Counted from the stretch's first letter, positions 1 to 7,665 are shown. The stretch is 12,159 bases of DNA from Candidatus Heimdallarchaeota archaeon (GCA_046761065.1 JBHIFL010000104.1:1-12159); one strand, 5' to 3'. Notes: generated by a model not told the origin, from the letters alone. A program made the numbers and translations.

Positions 1-1
1 A

Positions 2-55
2 ATAGACCAAATAGTCAAAGATCCTATATTCGGTTTTAAAGGTGAAACTTACTAG
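2..55 (+). CDS. Possible 3' end of a convergent gene entering from the left edge (...IDQIVKDPIFGFKGETY*)
   Basis: Frame is open from position 2 to TAG at 53-55 and ends 10 nt before the stop of the convergent 971-aa gene. Too short to identify. Confidence 0.35.
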   Translation: MDQIVKDPIFGFKGETY

Positions 56-64
56 ATCGTGAGG

Positions 65-2980
65 TTATGATTTTCTAGAAAACTCCTTTATAACTTGACG
101 GAAGTAAATCAAGAGAAGGCCTGCCAAGGATATACCTAGAGCTATAACTGCGTAGAATTGCCAAGGACGTGGCTCTGGAATTGGGATTACACTAGCTATT
201 CTAAATTCAAAGGTTCCGACAACTCCCATATCTGTTTTTCGGGAAATTGTTGCGGTATAGTCCCCTTCGGGGGCGTCCTCTGGCACCTGCCATAAGAGTT
301 GGTAGCCATTAGGATAAAATCCAAGGTTTGTAAGATCGATTGTATATTCCCCCCCCGGTCCAGAGATGGTACTGACGAATACTAAATCACTGATTATTGC
401 ATTATTAAACTTTGGATTGACTACAAGAAAATCTACGAGGAAATTTTGGCCAGGTTCGACCGATTGACCATTCAAGAAGATTACTTGTTGAATATCAAAC
501 TGTCCATCGATAGTTATGCGGATAGGAGCCAACAAGTCAATGTAAGTTTCATTAGTAGGAAGCATCCCCCTAATAACAACATAATAAGATCCCTGGGGAA
601 GATTTGGGTCAAGGTAATCATCAATTGTAAAAGAATAAGTGTCAATTGCTTGTGAATAAGAAAATTCTTGCTTTAATTGGGTAGAAGTCAAATTGATAAG
701 CCCTGGTGTAAGTGTTATGGTCTCAATAGTTCTATTAGAATATGCTTCATGTACTTTGAAAGTCCAATTGAAGCGCTGCCCATATTGTAGTATCGTGAAA
801 GGTGGTGGAAAGTTCTCTCTCTCTGTTATTTCGAAATCGGTAATGGTTTTAAGTCTAATGGGGGTTGTGATCGTCGCATCGATGTTCGGCCAATCAATTT
901 TTGCTGTCACATTAAAATCCCCAGTGAGAAGTTGTCGGGGAATTGTGCCAGAGATGTTATAATAGCCCGGAACCTTGGTTTCGTTAAAAATTCCTGAAAA
1001 GAGTGTTATATTTGTGTACTGGAAGATGGCAGACCCATTAAGATTCTTGACGAAGGCTTCTGGAATCGATACTGTGGAGTTATACCGGACTTGAGCCAGT
1101 AATGAAATGCTATCACCCACATGATAATTGTGAGAGGTGTTTCCTTCAAAGGAGTTAGACGATATAAAAGTGAGAATTGGTTGAGCGAAGATGTAAACCC
1201 GAGTTGTATTAATAGAGTGATAGGAAATTCTCAGATTTAGGGTGTGGTTCCCCAGAAATGGGGCGTTAGGAACCCTTATACTTCCAGTAAAACTTCCATT
1301 TGATGCTTGTACCATTGTATTAGCGATTTCTTCGTTCAAAGGATCAACAAGAGTTGTGTTGATATTCCCACTAAGGGACGCAGATAGCCGATCCGTTAAT
1401 GTGCCAGTGAAGGAGATATAGTCGCCTGGTGCGTACTCTTTCGCGTCCACTTCGTAACGAATACTCAACCCGACAGTCATGAAATTGAATTTGCGAAACG
1501 AAGCAGTAGGAAGTAGTGTTGAATTGAGAATTCGCATCTGAGTGACTAATGAGTGGTTCCCTAAGAACATCCCACTTGGAAAATCAGAATATGTCAGGTT
1601 TAGCTGATATGCATCCTTTATGTAATATAGTTTACCAAAACTTCGTCCATCTACTGTAACTTCCAATTCGAACCCTTCATGAGGACCTTCACCATAAATT
1701 TCGGGGGAATAATTAATTGTAACATTGTCACCCCGTATTATTGGCATTGGTTCAAATTGCGGAGAAGGATTTAATTTTTCTTCAAATTTTCCACTGGATA
1801 AAAGCCCTAACAAGCCAAAGAAAAGGTTTTCAAGGGAGTAATCATCTATAGAACCCCTTGGTCTGTCTGTAAATCCGCCTCCAGCGAGGTTACATTTAAT
1901 CGTGAAATAATTTGCTAAAGTGGTGTTTATCATGGTCTTGAACAGATCTTCGGAGACTGTCTTGTTCAAAACGTTTAGAGAAGCTAATGCGGCTGTTGTG
2001 GAAATAATACGGACTGTTTCATTGGAACTAGAAGGACGATCAGCAAAACCACCATTCAGTATGGATTCATCATTGAAATATTGAGTAGAGGCAATCCAGC
2101 GAGCAATACTAACCGAAGAGTCCTTCAACGCCTGATGCTCACCTAGAGCTCTCATGGTCATTAAGGCATAAAAAGTGCTGAGTTGATAATTTTCGTCATC
2201 ATCAGCTATGGATGGGTCATCAAATCGATATTTCGTGGAATCTAGGCTGTTAAGTATGAATTCGCGGGTTTCCTTTTTCATAGTAGAGGTTAATAACTCC
2301 ACGGAAGTAAGCGGGTCGATAATACGAAGGGTTTCCATCGCCCAATACGTTGATTTAAGGGACGGGAGAAGATTTGCTTCGTTATAACCCCCACTAGGAT
2401 CACGAAACTGCTCAAGATAATTAGCGACCCCTACAAAATCTACAAGAGACAGGTTGTTGAGGGTATACAGCGTTGTAATTCCAGCCCAAGTAGCTTTAAT
2501 ACTATCTTTGCCATCTAACGGATCCACAAACCAATACTGGCCTTCACGTGTTCTTGAAAGATTATAAGTGGAAGCAGTGATCATTTCTTCAGCCCCGGCA
2601 GGATACCTGTTTTCAAAGCCAAAGTAACGCAGTGCGACGACTCCATACGCTGTCGCAATGAGTGTTGGATCGGAACTCTTCGGGGTTGGACGGAAGCCCC
2701 ATTCCTCTTTATCCAATTGGTTAGTTATATGAATAGCTAGTTGAGGCATATGAAGCTCTGGTTCTTCTTCATTCTCTAAAATTAGACTAGCAACTTTGGC
2801 TAATGGCATCGCAGAGTTATTAGAGGATACCCTATTAAGATTCAGGGGCGTATACGGCTGTGTATTTGTGTAACTAATAGAACTCCTAATAGAACATTCA
2901 GCAATCTGTATAGAACATGTCACAGTAAGGAGAATAATTAAGCTAATAGCCCACAGGTTCGATTTCAGTTGATCCTTCAA
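65..2980 (-). CDS. Secreted, C-terminally membrane-anchored glycoprotein: signal peptide, prenyltransferase/squalene-cyclase-type repeat (alpha/alpha barrel) domain, about 5 Ig-like beta-sandwich repeats, one TM helix
   Basis: Hydrophobic N-terminus (LWAISLIILLTVTCS). Six repeats of the form Q..xGG[FY]...[ST][YFWT]xAL..L (e.g. YLEQFRDPSGGY...STYWAMETL, WIASTQ...NGGFADRP...STTAALASL). Beta-rich repeats end in FLGNHSL, FLGNHTL, LTGDFNV, PQGSYYV, PEGDYTA. C-terminal TM (FYAVIALGISLAGLLLIYF) with a basic tail. About 26 N-x-S/T sequons counted by eye. TTG start with GGAG about 9 nt upstream. Confidence 0.85.
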   Translation of the reverse strand: MKDQLKSNLWAISLIILLTVTCSIQIAECSIRSSISYTNTQPYTPLNLNRVSSNNSAMPLAKVASLILENEEEPELHMPQLAIHITNQLDKEEWGFRPTPKSSDPTLIATAYGVVALRYFGFENRYPAGAEEMITASTYNLSRTREGQYWFVDPLDGKDSIKATWAGITTLYTLNNLSLVDFVGVANYLEQFRDPSGGYNEANLLPSLKSTYWAMETLRIIDPLTSVELLTSTMKKETREFILNSLDSTKYRFDDPSIADDDENYQLSTFYALMTMRALGEHQALKDSSVSIARWIASTQYFNDESILNGGFADRPSSSNETVRIISTTAALASLNVLNKTVSEDLFKTMINTTLANYFTIKCNLAGGGFTDRPRGSIDDYSLENLFFGLLGLLSSGKFEEKLNPSPQFEPMPIIRGDNVTINYSPEIYGEGPHEGFELEVTVDGRSFGKLYYIKDAYQLNLTYSDFPSGMFLGNHSLVTQMRILNSTLLPTASFRKFNFMTVGLSIRYEVDAKEYAPGDYISFTGTLTDRLSASLSGNINTTLVDPLNEEIANTMVQASNGSFTGSIRVPNAPFLGNHTLNLRISYHSINTTRVYIFAQPILTFISSNSFEGNTSHNYHVGDSISLLAQVRYNSTVSIPEAFVKNLNGSAIFQYTNITLFSGIFNETKVPGYYNISGTIPRQLLTGDFNVTAKIDWPNIDATITTPIRLKTITDFEITERENFPPPFTILQYGQRFNWTFKVHEAYSNRTIETITLTPGLINLTSTQLKQEFSYSQAIDTYSFTIDDYLDPNLPQGSYYVVIRGMLPTNETYIDLLAPIRITIDGQFDIQQVIFLNGQSVEPGQNFLVDFLVVNPKFNNAIISDLVFVSTISGPGGEYTIDLTNLGFYPNGYQLLWQVPEDAPEGDYTATISRKTDMGVVGTFEFRIASVIPIPEPRPWQFYAVIALGISLAGLLLIYFRQVIKEFSRKS

Positions 2981-3028
2981 TGCATAATTCTCCAGGTCTT
3001 AGTTAACCGGATCGATTATTGTAAAATC

Positions 3029-3040
3029 TTTATACCTTTC
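3029..3040 (-). promoter_or_regulatory. Putative archaeal BRE + TATA box for the 971-aa gene
   Basis: Minus strand reads GAAAGG-TATAAA about 50 nt upstream of the TTG start. Confidence 0.5.
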
Positions 3041-3068
3041 TGAAGGGCTATCTCTTATGATCAAAAAC

Positions 3069-3081
3069 TTGTAACTTACAA
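3069..3081. promoter_or_regulatory. Perfect palindrome TTGTAA-C-TTACAA, candidate TF site
   Basis: 6-1-6 inverted repeat about 30 nt upstream of the putative BRE/TATA. Confidence 0.4.
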
Positions 3082-3123
3082 AAAATCCCCCATATTATGC
3101 TAATGTTAGTAATAGCTTGTTTG

Positions 3124-3501
3124 TTAATTTTTTGTTTGGGATAAGCTAGATGGGACTTTTTCACCACAAATAAAACAATATCTTACATTAAGAGGGAGAA
3201 AGGAAGCACAATTCGGACATTGACATGCAACCGGAATAATTTTTTTAGATTTCTGATAACTCTTATGACATATCCAGTAAAAGATCAGGATAGTTATAAA
3301 AAGTAAAGTTATCCAGACAATCAATTCCATAAACCCTGTTATGGAGAAAATGAACGGGAAGACGACAATAACTCCTTGAACGATGTCAAAACGAACAAAA
3401 CCAAGAAGAATTGAGAAAAGTGAGAGGATAAAAGTAAGAATGAATAGTATAACCATCCCAATCCGTAAAATTTCCATCAAAGAAGGCGAATCGGGCTCCA
3501 T
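3124..3501 (-). CDS. Small membrane protein (2-3 TM) with C-terminal zinc ribbon
   Basis: Long hydrophobic segments, then CQCPNC-x10-CFICG (CxxC...CxxC). RBS AGGAGG just upstream of the ATG on the minus strand. Confidence 0.8.
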   Translation of the reverse strand: MEPDSPSLMEILRIGMVILFILTFILSLFSILLGFVRFDIVQGVIVVFPFIFSITGFMELIVWITLLFITILIFYWICHKSYQKSKKIIPVACQCPNCASFLPLNVRYCFICGEKVPSSLSQTKN

Positions 3502-3652
3502 GAGTTGCTACCCTCCTTATCCTACTTCCCACTTAATGAAGAAAGAAATATTTTACCATTGTTAACGCTGGTCTTGAGTCTGCTTGTGAAGTTATATCTT
3601 AAAATTGAGACTATGGACGTATCATGTGGTGTTGACAAGCGGGGTAATATCA

Positions 3653-4156
3653 ATGATCCGACATCGAACTATTAGTGTGATTGGAGGCTCTCAAGTCTCG
3701 ACCCAGATTTATCAACTTGCCTTCGAGCTTGGAAGAGAGATCGCAAAAAGAAATTTCGTGTTAATCACAGGAGGGCGGACTGGGGTCATGGAAGCCGTAT
3801 CTAAAGGCTGTCAGGTAGCCGGAGGTCTATCTATTGGGATTTTACCTGGTGATTTTAAAAATGAAGCGAATAATTTTGTCAATGTGGCCATTCCAACTGG
3901 TCTTGGTGAAGCCAGGAACATTATTGTAGTCCGTGCAGGGGATGGTATTATTGCTGTTGCCGCTGAGAGTGGATTTGGAACCCTGTCTGAGCTAGCTTTT
4001 GCGCAGATCCTGAAAAAACCATTGGTTATCTTAAACGGAAATGAATTAATACCTGAGTTTCTAAATACAACATCTTTTCATGGTGTTCCACAGGTGGGAA
4101 CTCCAATAGAAGCTGTTCACCAAATCGAAACAATGCTAAAAATACGAGAAAAGTGA
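3653..4156 (+). CDS. LOG-family (TIGR00725-type) Rossmann-fold nucleotide-binding protein, putative phosphoribohydrolase
   Basis: Motifs ISVIGG, LITGGRTGVMEAVSKG, IGILPG, TGLGEARN, GFGTLSE. ATG 3653 after GGGGT is preferred to TTG 3605. Stop overlaps the next gene (GTGA, 4153-4156). Confidence 0.88.
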   Translation: MIRHRTISVIGGSQVSTQIYQLAFELGREIAKRNFVLITGGRTGVMEAVSKGCQVAGGLSIGILPGDFKNEANNFVNVAIPTGLGEARNIIVVRAGDGIIAVAAESGFGTLSELAFAQILKKPLVILNGNELIPEFLNTTSFHGVPQVGTPIEAVHQIETMLKIREK

Positions 4157-5373
4157 CATCCATGAATAAATACGAAATTATTACACAAGTAATGAATAAA
4201 ATCGACTTAAAGCAAATTATTGACCTTGCAAAGGATTTAATTCGAATACCAAGTGACACGGGTCAAGAAAAAGCTGTCGCAGATTGGGTTTTTCAGTACT
4301 TTACAAACCGAGGTATCCCTGTTAAAACGATCCAAACAGTAGAAGACCGACCCAATGTGATTGCCTCAGTTGGGAGCAACAAAACACCTCATATCGTCCT
4401 TAATGGGCATTTGGATACTGTACCTATTGCAAATCCCACCGCCTGGGGAAGAAATCCCTATGACCCCGTGATTCAAGGCAACCGCTTGATTGGACGAGGG
4501 AGTTGTGACATGAAAGGGGCTTGTGCTGTAATCGCCTATGTGATCACGTTACTCCAAGAACTGTCCCAAAATGTGGAACTCAAGGGGGCAGTAAGCGCCC
4601 AATTAGTGGTTGATGAGGAAAAAGGAGGAGATTTCGGGACTCAATACCTTATTTCTCAAATGAAATCAGGGAAGCTTCCACGTCCCGATTATGTATTAAT
4701 AGGAGAAAAATCACGAAACAAGATCCGAAACGCCGAAAGAGGTGTTTTTCAGTTTCAAATAACTTTTATGGGCAGGGCTAGCCACACCTGCGACGCCCGG
4801 TGGAAGGGAATCAATGCCATTGAAAAAGCAGCTAAAGCGATTTTGGTTCTTCAACGCGATTTCAAGAAATTCCATCCCTCTGTGGGCTTCCCCGTTATTT
4901 CTGTAAATCAAATAACAGGGGGAATAGCTAATAACCAAGTCCCAGCAGAGTGTACCATCACTGTGGACCGGAGAACTGTACCAGGAGAATCAAAAGAACA
5001 GGTTCTTGAGGCGATCAACCAACTTTTAAATGAAATTACTGTAAATGATGCGGATTTTGTTTATGAGATCCGTCCCCTGGTTAGTGAGGATGGGAAGGAA
5101 ATATATGATCCCGCTAACATCACTGAACCTGATAGTGAATTGGTCACTACCATTCAGGAGGTTCTGAGAAAATTTATAGGTCTGGAACCTGAATTTTTTG
5201 TCGATTGGGCAGGTGCTACTGATGGCCGGTTTTATCGCTATGAGGGAATCCAAACTGTTGGATTTGGTCCGGATGGAGAAGGGGTACATGGAGCAAATGA
5301 GTATGTGACAATTGAAACCCTCGAAATCCAGGCGAAAGTTTATTTGGGAACGATCTTGTCATTATGCCTATAA
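4153..5373 (+). CDS. M20 family metallohydrolase (ArgE/DapE-like deacylase)
   Basis: LNGHLDTVP, GRGSCDMKG, VDEE, IGE, GRASH, GATDGRF, GFGP...HGANE cover all M20 metal ligands. Start may be ATG 4162. Confidence 0.93.
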   Translation: MTSMNKYEIITQVMNKIDLKQIIDLAKDLIRIPSDTGQEKAVADWVFQYFTNRGIPVKTIQTVEDRPNVIASVGSNKTPHIVLNGHLDTVPIANPTAWGRNPYDPVIQGNRLIGRGSCDMKGACAVIAYVITLLQELSQNVELKGAVSAQLVVDEEKGGDFGTQYLISQMKSGKLPRPDYVLIGEKSRNKIRNAERGVFQFQITFMGRASHTCDARWKGINAIEKAAKAILVLQRDFKKFHPSVGFPVISVNQITGGIANNQVPAECTITVDRRTVPGESKEQVLEAINQLLNEITVNDADFVYEIRPLVSEDGKEIYDPANITEPDSELVTTIQEVLRKFIGLEPEFFVDWAGATDGRFYRYEGIQTVGFGPDGEGVHGANEYVTIETLEIQAKVYLGTILSLCL

Positions 5374-5442
5374 GATAGAGTGCTGTTCAACGTAGTGAAT
5401 TTATTCTACTAGAGAAATCACAGCTATTCAAATTAATTGAAT

Positions 5443-5450
5443 AAAAAAAA
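5443..5450 (-). terminator. Oligo-T (T8) archaeal-type terminator for the minus-strand membrane-protein gene
   Basis: A8 on the plus strand, about 30 nt past the stop at 5479. Confidence 0.45.
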
Positions 5451-5463
5451 GGGAGTTTTGCTA

Positions 5464-5477
5464 ATGTGAACTCACAT
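5464..5477. promoter_or_regulatory. Perfect palindrome ATGTGA-AC-TCACAT in a convergent intergenic gap
   Basis: 6-2-6 inverted repeat. Near-copies lie at 3584-3597 and 9382-9395. Confidence 0.35.
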
Positions 5478-5478
5478 A

Positions 5479-5829
5479 TCAATAGCGTCTTGGTGGCACT
5501 ATCGCAAGCAAAATCCCAATAAAAGCTAGAATTGCTGAACCGAAACTAATTCCAATCGCTGTAATGTTTATTTCTAGGATATACTCTGTGGCTGTCATTG
5601 AAACCATTGCTGCGAGGAACAGACCACCCAATACATACAGTTCTTTCCCTCTTGCTCCATAACCTGTCATACCGGAGCCGATAAAAAGACCTGCTAGAAA
5701 ACCGCAGCCCCAAATGATTGCTAGTAAGTATTCATAGGGATCACTAAATATAAAGATTGCAATCAACTGTATAAATCCGGATAGCCCGAAGAGAAGACCT
5801 CCTAAAAGGCCTGCACCCTTTCCACTCAA
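5479..5829 (-). CDS. Hypothetical Gly-rich 4-TM membrane protein (116 aa)
   Basis: Four hydrophobic helices and a PPRRY tail. Start re-assigned from TTG 5901 to in-frame TTG 5829 because GGAGG (5837-5841) sits 7 nt upstream of it. Confidence 0.75.
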   Translation of the reverse strand: MSGKGAGLLGGLLFGLSGFIQLIAIFIFSDPYEYLLAIIWGCGFLAGLFIGSGMTGYGARGKELYVLGGLFLAAMVSMTATEYILEINITAIGISFGSAILAFIGILLAIVPPRRY

Positions 5830-6022
5830 TAACTTTCCTCCTAGATACTGTTGAATCTCCCCCAAGTTTCCCTTAAAAATGTAATTATAACCTTGATCCA
5901 ACTTCTGTGGTAAGTAACTAAAGGGCCTCTAAATTTGGAAAGTTTGTGTTGCATGCAATGAGAGTGTTACTACTAAATTTTGGCACTTATATTTGAGTTA
6001 ATGGCTAAAAATTTTAGTGCTT

Positions 6023-6670
6023 TTAGTAGTAGGCAAGAGGTCGACTCCGACGTGAGCGTATTGCTTGGATTAGAGCAGCTTCATCTTCGATCCTATCATA
6101 GAATCCGGTTACCAGCTTACCAAGATCTTGATCTCTGTGTGCATCACTCCCTCCAAGCAGCGCCAGATCCCGGGTTTTGGCGACCACACGTGCCATGTCG
6201 TTTTCATGTTTTGAACAACTCGCATTAAGCTCCACACCGTTTATGTCAAGCTTATAAGAGAGATCACCGAGGGAATGCGAATTTCTAAAGAACCCAGAAG
6301 ACCCCTGATAACGAAAAGGATGGGCTGCTATTGCAACACCACCTTCATCCTTGATTTGATCAAGAATTTCGTAACTCCGAAGCTGTCCAGAAGGTGGTAC
6401 GTCAGTTCCTCCAAAAATAAGAAGGTGGCCCTCTAGAGTAGAGACTTCTATACCGCGATAAATAGTGATCTCAGTGCTTTTAGCATGCTTTTTCATTTTA
6501 TCAAAGCCACGGAACGTATCATGATCGGTTACAACAAGCCCATTCAGGTTTTTTCGGCTAGCCCAGCTGAGTAAACCCAAGAAAGATGTCCTCGCGCACG
6601 TTGAATACGGAGTATGAACATGTGGATCAATGACAAAATATTGTGTCTTAGTCAAGTGACTTGCACACAT
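6023..6670 (-). CDS. Stand-alone PHP-domain metal-dependent phosphoesterase
   Basis: IDPHVHTPYS, VTDHD, GIEVST..GH, AHPFR and GGSDAH motifs. Confidence 0.92.
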   Translation of the reverse strand: MCASHLTKTQYFVIDPHVHTPYSTCARTSFLGLLSWASRKNLNGLVVTDHDTFRGFDKMKKHAKSTEITIYRGIEVSTLEGHLLIFGGTDVPPSGQLRSYEILDQIKDEGGVAIAAHPFRYQGSSGFFRNSHSLGDLSYKLDINGVELNASCSKHENDMARVVAKTRDLALLGGSDAHRDQDLGKLVTGFYDRIEDEAALIQAIRSRRSRPLAYY

Positions 6671-6996
6671 CCATTTTTCTTAAATACTTCTCATTAAATG
6701 TTATTAATTCCATTCTTACTAAGGAAGCTTAAGAATATTTTTTACGGAACTTCAATGATTTTAGCTTGGTTTAGAAGAACTTGTGTATTCATATCGTACA
6801 GTATAATTAGTGAGGGGAAAAAATCTACTAAAAGTATTGCAAAGGTTTTGAATTTAATCATTTGAATTCGTATAAGCCCTTTATAAAAAGGAAGACATCC
6901 ATACGCTCTGAGAACTATTGCTCAACCTGTGATAGATAAGCTTGAGGTTTGTTTAAGTAAATTCTTGATTTCCAATCGTAAGATTTAATTATATCT

Positions 6997-7197
6997 TTAG
7001 AGATTATTATAGTATCTTTGAAGGCAGCTTATGAAATGTGATTTTGGAAATACTTTGGAGTGGGGTAAAAACTCAACCATAAATCTCTTAATGTATTTCC
7101 TATCACAAAGCGGTCTTATACATTGGCCATCCATAGAATATATGTTGGAGCAACAAAGTTGTAAACCAATATCGGTTAACACAGAACTATTTATCAT
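6997..7197 (-). CDS. Possible small Cys-rich hypothetical protein (66 aa)
   Basis: ATG-initiated ORF with 5 Cys and 2 His in an otherwise unexplained gap. No RBS. The antisense frame (7031-7210, 59 aa) is also open, so the coding strand is uncertain. Confidence 0.3.
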   Translation of the reverse strand: MINSSVLTDIGLQLCCSNIYSMDGQCIRPLCDRKYIKRFMVEFLPHSKVFPKSHFISCLQRYYNNL

Positions 7198-7204
7198 TAT
7201 AGGT

Positions 7205-7221
7205 AAGTAAAGAGCTTATAT
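7205..7221 (+). promoter_or_regulatory. Putative BRE/TATA for the 7253 gene
   Basis: Purine-rich AAGTAAAGAG followed by TTATAT (7216-7221), about 25 nt before the GGAGG RBS. Confidence 0.4.
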
Positions 7222-7252
7222 CTCTATCGACCACCTCTTGTATGGAGGAACT

Positions 7253-7486
7253 TTGACATTGGATGACCGGCAGCTCTGGGAATTGGGATGGAGCAGAAAA
7301 TCCTGGAAAAAATCTGGAAAAAGATCGAAAAAAAAGCGAAAACCCCGGAAGAGAATAGAAAAAGAAGACAGGGATGAAATCTGGGACGCCGCTGACGAAT
7401 TTTGGGATGAAGAAGAGGATGAAGAGTTCTTTCACCCACCAGACTACGATGATGACGATGAAAGTTGGGATCTAGCTGACATGTAG
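7253..7486 (+). CDS. Small intrinsically disordered protein (77 aa): K/R-rich half followed by D/E-rich half with three DExWD motifs
   Basis: GGAGG at 7244-7248 precedes in-frame TTG 7253 (or 7259). Strongly non-random sequence. The DExWD copies differ at synonymous positions (GATGAAATCTGGGAC / GACGAATTTTGGGAT / GATGAAAGTTGGGAT), which fits protein-level conservation. Confidence 0.72.
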   Translation: MTLDDRQLWELGWSRKSWKKSGKRSKKKRKPRKRIEKEDRDEIWDAADEFWDEEEDEEFFHPPDYDDDDESWDLADM

Positions 7487-7566
7487 AGCTTTAAAGCCAA
7501 CATTATTACATATTAAAGTCTCAAAGTAAGGTTTGAATGTCCATTGTTTTGATTTAAAGACTAACC

Positions 7567-7657
7567 AGTTACGGACAGCAACTCTGCCGTGGGGACCCCT
7601 ACGACGACCATAAGAGAGGTAACTCTATTTGATTGATTTTCAATGGAATAACCTCTC
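7567..7657. ncRNA. Candidate structured RNA element, family unassigned
   Basis: 7571-7610 is 65% GC within AT-rich flanks. Hairpins: ACGG(A)CAG/CTGCCGT, CGTGGG-GACC-CCTACG, and a long GAGAGGT...ACCTCTC stem (7614-7657). Confidence 0.35.
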
Positions 7658-7665
7658 AAATTTCT

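Noticed and set aside
65-100. KKxx/KxKxx ER-retrieval motif at the C-terminus of the surface protein
   Set aside because: The tail ends ...EFSRKS, so lysines are not at the -3/-4 or -3/-5 positions.
446-962. ORFs 446-655 and 693-962 (+)
   Set aside because: Antisense shadows inside the 971-aa gene, with no recognisable motifs.
1781-2743. Calling the barrel an active prenyltransferase, terpene cyclase or thioester (A2M/C3) domain
   Set aside because: Predicted extracellular, and no DxCY zinc motif, DxDD motif or CGEQ thioester motif is visible.
3383-3565. 60-aa basic ORF (+)
   Set aside because: Antisense to the hydrophobic codons of the zinc-ribbon membrane gene, which explains its K/R richness.
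4026-5289. Minus-strand ORFs 4026-4259, 4711-4938 and 5026-5289
   Set aside because: Shadows of the well-supported LOG and M20 genes.
5980-6228. 82-aa ORF (+)
   Set aside because: Antisense to the PHP gene.
6742-6861. 39-aa hydrophobic micro-ORF (-) upstream of the PHP gene
   Set aside because: No RBS or motif, and this length is expected by chance in AT-rich DNA.
7187-7439. Minus-strand Phe-rich ORFs 7187-7435 and 7224-7439
   Set aside because: The Phe/Ser/Leu bias mirrors the purine-rich plus-strand gene, which has the RBS and the repeated motif.
7614-7657. SECIS element
   Set aside because: No AUGA/GA core or archaeal GAA/A motif in the right geometry, and no in-frame UGA in the neighbouring genes.
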